Origin: Chrysomallon squamiferum
Taxonomy: Eukaryota; Animalia; Mollusca
Length of the DNA: 64,000 nt
Direction: 5' to 3'
NCBI GenBank assembly: GCA_012295275.1
Contig: CM022677.1
Span: 7,874,001-7,938,000, forward strand
Under the pieces are notes generated by a model. The model did no database searches and was not told where the DNA came from. It was given only the letters and a program-made list of their open reading frames with translations. Made by a program: the position numbers and the translations under genes. Numbering within the stretch: the first letter of the stretch is position 1; each line of letters opens with the position of its first letter. Of the stretch, positions 55,097-64,000 are shown piece by piece.

Positions 55097-55624
55097 CAAC
55101 AGTAGTAGTAGTAGTAGTAGTATTTCGTCATTAGACGACTTACGGCTGCGTTGACTCAGGATGCTGGGAATGAAATAACATAGACCTGGCCTGGAAATGA
55201 AATAGCATCGGTAGTGTAGCCTTTGGAAGCCGACGTCGCAAAAAGCTGCAACTACATAATGAAAAAAAAAAGATGCAGAAGTGTGCATACTTGCATACAC
55301 ACGCACACACAAATGTATATATATCAGTTATTTAAATGTTTCTGTGTGTTTGGTATGTCTGTGTTTGTGTAGATATACAAATGACTTATATATAGAGAGA
55401 GAGAGAGATAGACAGAGAGACAGATATATGGATAGCTAGATAGATGACTTTTATATATATATATATGTGTTTGGTGTGTATGTGTGTGTGTATATATATA
55501 TTTATGTAAAGTCATCTATCTACATGCACACGCGCACATACATGCATACATAAACGAATGAAAAGCTTACTTGAGTTGCTAACGTAGAGACAAAGCAGAC
55601 GGCTGAGAAGGTAAACATCTTCAT
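54688..55624 (-). pseudogene. C-type lectin 2 pseudogene
   Basis: Exon 1 55571-55624 (MKMFTFSAV..|gtaag); exon 2 55144-55251 (AAFCDVGFQRLHYRCYFIS, internal duplication, S*VNAA with W to stop); no exon 3; last exon from 54983 (YLLGLSDLIHEGEF...QPDNSKDHCVQM...WYDSDC...GFICEY). Confidence 0.85.
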
Positions 55625-55641
55625 GTTTCTCTGCTGTACAG

Positions 55642-55874
55642 CGAAGGATCAAACTGATTGCGCTGTGTGTATCGACACTGCCAAACACAAATTGTCAGAC
55701 GAAGGATCAAACTGACTGCGCTGTGTGTATCGACACTGCAAAACACAAACTGTCAGACGAAGGATCAAACTGACTGCGCTGTATGTATCGACACTGCAAA
55801 ACACAAACTGTCAGACGAAGGATCAAACTGACTGCGCTGTGTGTATCGACACTGCAAAACACAAACTGTCAGAC
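55642..55874. repeat. 58-bp tandem repeat x4 immediately upstream of CTL2 ATG
   Basis: cgaaggatcaaactgactgcgctgtgtgtatcgacactgcaaaacacaaactgtcaga at 55642, 55700, 55758, 55816. Confidence 0.95.
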
Positions 55875-58409
55875 GTTTTCTTATTTCGTAAAATGAAAAT
55901 GCAAACACCTCTTCCAAAAAATATGTAATAAATAAAATAAAAGGTGGAAAAATGAATAATGAATGCCAAAAATATGAATTTTACAGGTATATCAAAAGCC
56001 TAAAAAGACTGTATTTTTTTTTAACATCTTCAACAAGAATTTGATAGACGTGTATTTTATTTCAGAAATATTTCCAACATCCAGCTTAAAAGGAATTATG
56101 AATAGAAAATGACTCTTAATATATGCACTGCATTTTCTACAAGAAATGGATGAGCGATTATATTATTTGTATATAATTCAGATATCTTACTTAACATGAA
56201 TTATAAAAAGAAAATGGCTGTTAATACGTACACTGCGTTTTCAGTTGAAATGCGAGATGAAAATGATAACGAATAAAAAAACTATTATTTCTGTAACGTT
56301 AGAAATATTTAGTGATAAAAACATCATTACGTAAGAAGAAACGCTCAATAATACAAGAACAAACAGGTTTAATTTTTATTTCTGTAACTTTAAGAATATT
56401 TAGTGATAGAAAATTCATAACCGTAATATATTCAATAATACGAGAAGAAACAGGTTTAATTTTTATTTCTGTAACTTTAAGAATATTTAATGATAGAATA
56501 ATTCACGACGTAATATATTCAATAATACGAGAAGTAACAGGTTTAATGCTGGCTTATGTTGTTTAATTCATAGAACACGTTAAAATAAGATAAAAAATAA
56601 TAATAATAAAATGAATTATAAATAACTTAAACGTTCAGATGCTTGTATCACCAAATGGTATTCATGCATGTGCAATGAAAAGAATTCAGTATTATATTGT
56701 TTCATAAAATATTCAAAAGCGTATAAAAACAAAATAAAAGTTTCTTAAAGATTTTGATATGTAAATGAACAGTCCAACAGATGCACAAGAAAAAGAAATA
56801 TGTGCTTATAGTATTTCAAAGAAAATAAAACCGCAAATTAAAATAAAAATATATATACATAAATGTGTCATAGAGCACAGAAACAGACGGACGGTGAACA
56901 TGATTAAAACAGAGCTGACACTACGTGCTAAACAATGCGAAATGTAGAGTAAAATAAAATAAATGTTTTAAACCTGAGTAGACATCAAAGAACACATTCT
57001 CCGATGTGCATGACAGAAACAGACACAGTATTCAGCTAGTTCGTAATAAAATAAGACAATAAATACAGAGAGAAAAGAGAAGCAGAAAGGAAAAGAAAAA
57101 GAAAGAATGAAAACAGAATAAAATTAGAAATAATTAATAAAAAAGAAAAGAATTTAAATTTAATTTAAAAAAAAAAATGTTAGTATTTAATTATTACCTA
57201 ATGTTATAAATGGTAATGAATTAAAGAAACATATTTGAAATTATCATTAAGTATGTTTATTACATTATCATTATTACTACGGCCACTACTACTATTAATG
57301 ATACTACTACTACGACTACTACTAGTACCACTACACCTACTACTATATTGTTATTATAAATATTATTCTACTTCTACTACTACTACTATTACCATTATCA
57401 ACGTCATTATTTTTATTCTCATTGATGCTGTTGCTGCTGTAGTCGCAGTTGTCTTGTTTTTCTTTTTCTTCTTCTTCTTCTTCTTATTATTATTGCTATT
57501 ATTATTATTATTACTATTACTATTATTATTATTGTTATAGTTATTTTATTGTTTAGCTATTGTCGTTGTTTTTATGGTTATTATTGTTATAGTTATTTTT
57601 CTATTTATTATTATATTGTTATTATTGATGTTGTTATAACTATAGTTATATTTATTATTTTTATCATTATTACTGTTGTTATTGTTGCTGTTCTTGTTAT
57701 TTTTGAATTACATCAATTATTTTGTTGGTAACATCATCACTACTATTATTGTTGTTGGTGTTGTTGTTGTTGTTGTCGCTATTGTTGTCACATACAGACA
57801 GACTGTCTTTGAGAAATACTTTAAAACAATTACTCAGAAAATAATAGTGACTAAGTAACTCACTAAAGCAGTCAGTGACTTAGTCAAGGTGTGTCTAACA
57901 TTAACTAGTGACTGCCATGGATGACCGATGAAACGAAGTTTTATTTTTCTTTACAGTTTCAGCGTAAACCAAAGATGGATTCAATGGGTTAAACGACAGC
58001 AAACTTTGTTAACTTCGTGCATAAATTTACAGACGATCTTCCCAAGTAATACCGTTTCTTATTTAAAAAAAAATATATATATATTAAAAAATTAAAACAA
58101 ATAAAAATAAAAATTAACAAACTAAAAATAATTGCAAACATCTTCCTATTTTTGCCACCTCAAATTTACCTAGGATCAGGTCCGTCTGTTTTGTGTTGCC
58201 ACCACCCCTTGCAGACCACAGAGCCTTAATGAGTCCTAACCATAATAACAATAACGAACTAAAATTTGAAAATAATCCCTGTTTGCACTTTCAATAATAA
58301 AAACAACATCAGCAACAAATAAGAAGAAGAACAACAAGAAGAACAAGAACAAGAATAATAACAAACAAACAAACAAGCAGTCGCCTGTCTCTCTCTCTAC
58401 TGATGTTTG

Positions 58410-58974
58410 TTATGTGTGTGTGTCTAGTGTGATCCAGTCCAGTGGATCGTATTCGCAAACGAAGCCCATGTTTTGTTGTTGCAGTTTGTGTGAATCCACT
58501 GCCAGTAACTGGAAGATTTTGTTACAAACGCGCAGTCTTCACCTCCCACCGCGTTTTTCGGTTCCTTCTCAGCCCAGTTCGTGTAATGAAGCTCTTCTCG
58601 AGAATATCTGCTAAACCCACATATTTCCCTTCAAACTGAGTGTCAGTCATTCCAAGCCAGTGATCAGTAACGTCTAAAAAAATAATAATAAATAAAACAA
58701 CTGTTTTATTAAACGAAAATAGTCTTGTTAGCGGTATTAGTACTAGTAGTAGCAGCCTTAGTAGAAGTAATACTATTAGTACCAATAGAAGTAGTAGTTG
58801 TAGCAATAGTAGAAGCGGCAACGAAATATATAGTACGAAAATGTACCTCTTTTTGTTGTTGTTGTTGTTGTTATTGGTATGAACATACTCATTATATTAT
58901 TATTATTATTATTATTATTATATTATTATTATTACTACTACTGCTACTACTACTACTATTATTATTATTATTAT

Positions 58975-59006
<32 letters not shown>

Positions 59007-59013
59007 TTACTAC

Positions 59014-59060
<47 letters not shown>

Positions 59061-59210
59061 GGAACTAAGCAGCGACTTCAAAAAGTAAATACTCGTTGTG
59101 ATAATCTGTAGTAGTAGTGATAGTAGTAGTAATAGTAGTAGTAGTAGTAGTAGTAATACTAGTAGTAGCAGTGGTAGTAGTAATAGTAGTAGTACTAGTA
59201 GTAGTAGTAA

Positions 59211-59241
<31 letters not shown>

Positions 59242-59369
59242 CTAAATGATAATCTGAAATATCATGAAAATAGTCACGGCTGTGACGTAGATATAGCTCT
59301 GTGGTGAGGTCTTTTTTTCACACAATGATGAGATAATCATCAGATACGAGTTCATAGACCTACAGTAAT

Positions 59370-59370
<1 letters not shown>
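58410..59370 (-). pseudogene. C-type lectin 3 pseudogene (exons 3 and 4)
   Basis: Exon 59278-59370 DYCRSMNSYLMIISS (93 bp, frameshifted relative to CTL1). Exon from 58673: DHWLGMTDTQFEGKY / ELHYTNWAEKEPKNAVGGEDCAFV...WQWIHTNC / MGFVCEYDP with two frameshifts. Confidence 0.85.
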
Positions 59371-59404
<34 letters not shown>

Positions 59405-59619
59405 TGGAAGACACTCAATATTTTTCATGCGCATTCTTAAAAGTTGATTCATTATTCATTATTGCAGGTGTATTATACCAGATAATGAAAAATTAGTCTT
59501 ATTATTTATTTATTTACTTCTTTATTATGCTAAATAATATGAACTAATATTGTTAATTAAAAAAGAAGACCTGTATTTTTTAATACATAATATTACCGCT
59601 ACTTCTCTGTTAACAAACA

Positions 59620-61245
59620 TAAAACATGTAACATATAACGTGATGGCGGTTCTGAAGATACTTATTTTCGTAATGCCGTGTAAAATTACTCCTACTTAGC
59701 TGTTCTGTGAAACATGTTCTGATGTTAATAAAATGAAACATAAAATGGACATTTTGGATTTCACATATAATTCTACTGTTGTTTATAAAAACACGCTAAC
59801 CCGAAACCCCAGTCTACTTTTCTGAATGTACACAGTTTTCACAGTAAAATCATAGAGTAAAAAATGTTCGAATACTGTTTTTTCGTGGTGTGTTTTCGTG
59901 TTGTTGTTGTTTTGTCTCTTCCTGACAGTAGCAATAATAGAAGAAAGAATCATTTTTAAATTCCGGAAATAGAGTTGGATATATTTTAGAAATATACTTT
60001 TTCTAAGCCGGAGTCATTGAATTTGTTTTCTGGTGATTAATATTTAACCAGTATATTTTAATAAATGTGGTACTTGCTAATCCTTTACAACGGCGAGTGT
60101 TTTGTGAAGAAACGTTTGGATGAAACTTGTGAAGACAAGTCGGACTGTGCAGACGTGTAGCTGACTGTCTGGATAACACATGTTTCATTAAAAAGATAAT
60201 CTGCTGTCCAGTTTAGTTCTTTCAAAATCAGTGTCGAGTCATGATACAAATCGTATTGGAGTAATTACTGAAACACGAAACTTTGACGTACAGTGAAGTT
60301 CTCTAGATATAATTTTTGACGCTGACAGAGTTTGCTTTCTATAAACAAATAAGATTTCAGTTTTATATGAATAAACTGAGATTCAGTCAACAATAACATG
60401 ATATAGTATAAAAAATATGTGCCGGAAATAATCATTTTATTTCCTTTATTACTTTTTTCTTTTTCCCTTATTTCAGTAGTTTTTCTTAATTATTATTTTA
60501 TTTATCATTTTAATTAATATTATTGTAGTTATTGTTGTTTTTACAAAAATAAATAAATAAATATAATTTTAATTTAATACCGACAATGCTGCACAATTTA
60601 AATAGTTGATATTGGATATTTAAACATAATATGTAGATGAGAAGGCGCCAGTTTAATCTGATATTTTAAAAGCTTCAGGTGAGGTTTTGTTAATAACTGG
60701 AGAAGTAACATTAAGATTTACTTGACAATAAAGACAATATTGTTATGTTTTAATAGGATGAATACATTTCGTCTAGACTTCTAAAAAATCCTCGTATCTC
60801 ATAAAACAGTTCAGGAGGACAGGCATGTTTTCTATGATGTAACTTTAGAATTATCAATATAAGATTTCTCCTAGTAGAATAAAATGTACGTGAAATTATC
60901 AGTATTTTGTATGATGCAAACAGAGGAGAACAATAAAACATCACATTATTTTCACTCAGTATCAGTTTATGGTAAAAAATAAATGGCGCTGGTTTTATGT
61001 ATTAATGTGAATTACGTTGCCTTTTATTCAAATAGAAAACGCCGCTTATCCCTGTGAATTTTAATTTTAATATCGTTTTGCTAAGCAAAAACTAATTTTG
61101 TGATTCAAGTAAAGTGTAACTTCTCACGTGTTCAATATTAGCAGTTATTTGTTTCTGAATTTACAAGTCGTGCGCTGTAAAATGCCACTATAAAATAAAA
61201 GCTCAGATAATGATAATCTGATATTTGATTAACAGCAGAACAGAT
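59620..61245 (-). repeat. Inverted partner of 41670-43120
   Basis: See the block correspondences listed for 41670-43120. Confidence 0.8.
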
Positions 61246-62290
61246 TTCACTAGAAAGCTCTGTGTGATGCTGAAAACTGAGCTTTTACTTTATAAGAATC
61301 CATTCATATTTGCTGATAAGTTGATAATAAATGATGTTACAGTATAATATGTAGAACTACAGAGATGCCGTGAGAGTAATATTCTACATCTTAAAAAAAA
61401 GGTGACATTGCAGGAAACTGTGAGATTAATGTTATTATACTGTAATTAATCCTCTAATTACTAATGTATTCTGAAGTAAAGTTAATAATAAACACATATC
61501 ACTATCTCACTGATTAACATTGCATAACGCACTACAAATAAAGAAAATAACACGTTATTTTTTAATCAGTCTCAATTCTATTCGTAGGATTAAGAAAAGA
61601 AAATATATATTTATATAAAAAATAAACAATAAAAGAAAAGAAAGAAAAAGAAGTAATATAAAAAAGAAAGATTAAGCTTAATTTTAAATAAGAAATATTC
61701 AACTTGTTGAGAATATTATATAAAACCAAAGCAGATATCATAAAAAGAAACTGAAACACAATTTTACAATCAACATTGCATGAAACAGTAAGTTAGATAG
61801 GAGATACACTGAAAGCATATAAACACAAAGATATAGATAGAACAACAATAATAATAACTTATTCGGACTGTTCATAGAGAGAAGCAGGCGGCGACAGAAA
61901 AATTGTTAAAACTGTAGAATTTATGGATTGATAGAGAAACACATGGACAGATGTGGGTATATGTATTTGGCTGTTAGAAAAAGAAAATTGGTATATATAT
62001 ATATATATATATATATACAAACTCACAAGTTCTGTATATGTGTGTACTGAAGGAAATTATACTTTTTGTATGCGTTATGTGAGGCATGGGTATGTAGGAG
62101 AAATAGATGCAGACACAGATACAGAGAGAAAGACAGACTGATGTGAATGTGAAAGGATGAGTTGGTACGTACATGTTATCTGTGAGAAAGAGTTAATGTG
62201 TTTGTTGTCAGAGAACTGCTGCACGTGAAAGACAATGTCCTTGTTTATGAATAAATAAATACAAGTTCTAAGTGTTTTGATTGTTGTTTG

Positions 62291-62490
62291 NNNNNNNNNN
62301 NNNNNNNNNNNNNNNNNNNNNNNNNNNNNNNNNNNNNNNNNNNNNNNNNNNNNNNNNNNNNNNNNNNNNNNNNNNNNNNNNNNNNNNNNNNNNNNNNNNN
62401 NNNNNNNNNNNNNNNNNNNNNNNNNNNNNNNNNNNNNNNNNNNNNNNNNNNNNNNNNNNNNNNNNNNNNNNNNNNNNNNNNNNNNNNNNN
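62291..62490. other. Assembly gap (200 N)
   Basis: Run of n. Confidence 1.
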
Positions 62491-62577
62491 GCAATCTCAA
62501 TAATTAAGTTTTGTGTATCAATTCTACCTACAAATAAAAATATAAATATAATTATTTTAATATTTATGCAGAGTTAC

Positions 62578-63690
62578 CTTTCTTTTCAACTTCTCCCTGT
62601 CATCATTAATATATTCAATATGGCTACATAGCTGGGTAAGTTCTATTTCCTGTCTGCCTATCTGTTCTTGTTCACATTCACCGTTGACATTTTCTCTGTC
62701 TTTTCTTACGTCTAAAATTACTAAAAAAAATACATGAAGCGAATTTTAATTTTATTTGTAAATTTAATTTTATTTTTCTCTTCTGATCAAATTAACTGAT
62801 TGAAAAAATATCTCATTTTAATTATATATTTATTTGGAACTTTTCTTTTTAATTCATTCAATTCTTCTAACAGTAAGAAATGAGAAAATATATAATTTTA
62901 ATTATATATTTATTTGTTACATTTTTTAAATGCCTTCTAGCAGTAAGTAAACGAGAAAAAAACAAATTATTATAATTTAATATTTAAAAAAATCCAACAA
63001 ATTATAATATGTTGCTATATATATAATAAATTAAAATTAAAATTAATAAAGTTTTAAAACAATTGGACATCTATCTAAAACAGCCAAAACTGTACAGTCA
63101 AAGAATATATATAAAAGTAAATGATACCAGGTCTCGCAAACTGGAAGCCATTTGCATTATTCTCGTTGATACTTCCTCCATCATCGCTTTTGTCCGATCA
63201 TCTTCTTCTCTACACAGAAATGAAAAGAAAAGAAAAACACAAAAAACGTTCAAATGTGTTTACACTTTCTGGAATTTGGTATTTTCATTAAACACAGTAA
63301 AGAACAGCAAGCTAATGGTGTTGTTTTACATCTGAATAATGACTGACTTGACTCATACAATGAAAGAAAAAAAATGGTTAAATGTCTTCGCATATTTCTG
63401 GAACTTCGGGTTTTCAGGAATTTTTTCTTGTCCATTAAAAACAGTGAAAAACCAGCAAACAAATGGTATTATTTTACAATACATAATGACAAGCCAAAAC
63501 TATGTTTCATTATGTGTCCAGATATATTATATTATTGTTTTTATCATTCATTAAAAGCAGAGAAGAACAGCAAACTCACACTAAATATTATTTAATAAAG
63601 ACCACTGACCTGATGACATTAATCTGGTGTCTGTTTTCTTCATCAGCTCTGCAATGACGTGAAGTTCAGTGGCGCGTTCCTCGTAGAATC
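62578..63690 (-). CDS. Candidate internal exons of a coiled-coil protein gene running off the right edge
   Basis: AG/GT-bounded blocks: 62578-62711 (VRKDRENVNGECEQEQIGRQEIELTQLCSHIEYINDDREKLKRK), 63128-63209 (EEDDRTKAMMEEVSTRIMQMASSLRDL), ~63610-63690, and a cag|gtaag donor near 63985. Phases are not fully reconciled. Confidence 0.45.
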
Positions 63691-64000
63691 ACTAAAATAC
63701 TTGAAGTTTTGAATGGTTTTTGGATATAACAGTCTTATAGACAAATTAAAAAACATACAGACAAAATTCTCTTAGCATTCAAAATAACAACAGACATTTT
63801 TTTTTTTATGAATTTGGCAGACAGCCAGAGTAGCTTTAAATCATCACCAAGAGTTATTGCCAAACATGTTATTTTCTAGTCAGGCTATATTCTTAGAATA
63901 AAACATTAAAAGGCAGGTGGAGATTTAATTTCAGGCTAATGCTAGGATAAAAAAAAAAAAAAAAAGAAGAAAATCATTTCTTACCTGACATTTAGTCAGT

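Noticed and set aside
62075-62631. ORFs spanning X runs
   Set aside because: Artefacts of the N gap.

Overview
Eukaryotic, very AT-rich, microsatellite-dense genomic DNA, most consistent with a marine invertebrate, probably a mollusc (inference from perlucin-like lectins and transposon types). It contains no prokaryotic-style operons, and nearly all ORFs in the supplied track are microsatellite artefacts. Supported content: (i) a minus-strand tandem cluster of three C-type lectin (CTL) genes at 49-59 kb, one nearly intact 4-exon QPD/WND gene and two pseudogenes; (ii) decayed transposons: two MULE/FLYWCH transposase relics, a Tc1/mariner with both TIRs and TA target sites, a copia-type gag-protease-integrase relic invisible in the ORF track, a pogo-like deletion derivative with a PHD finger, a tRNA-derived SINE head and a TIR/tandem-repeat element; (iii) an intronless Topors/ICP0-like RING plus C-terminal hydrophobic tail gene, pseudogenised; (iv) a TSP1 pseudo-exon and scattered candidate exons; (v) several inverted segmental duplications (0.7-6.8 kb vs 32.7-37.2 kb; 41.7-43.1 kb vs 59.6-61.2 kb; 11.9-12.4 kb vs 46.5-47.1 kb) and many minisatellites, including a 22-bp E-box array inside the lectin gene and a hairpin-repeat/TG-spacer array. 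I cannot demonstrate a new biological system. The best candidates are the lectin cluster with its repeat-loaded regulatory regions and the membrane-anchored RING gene. All alignments and translations were done by eye.
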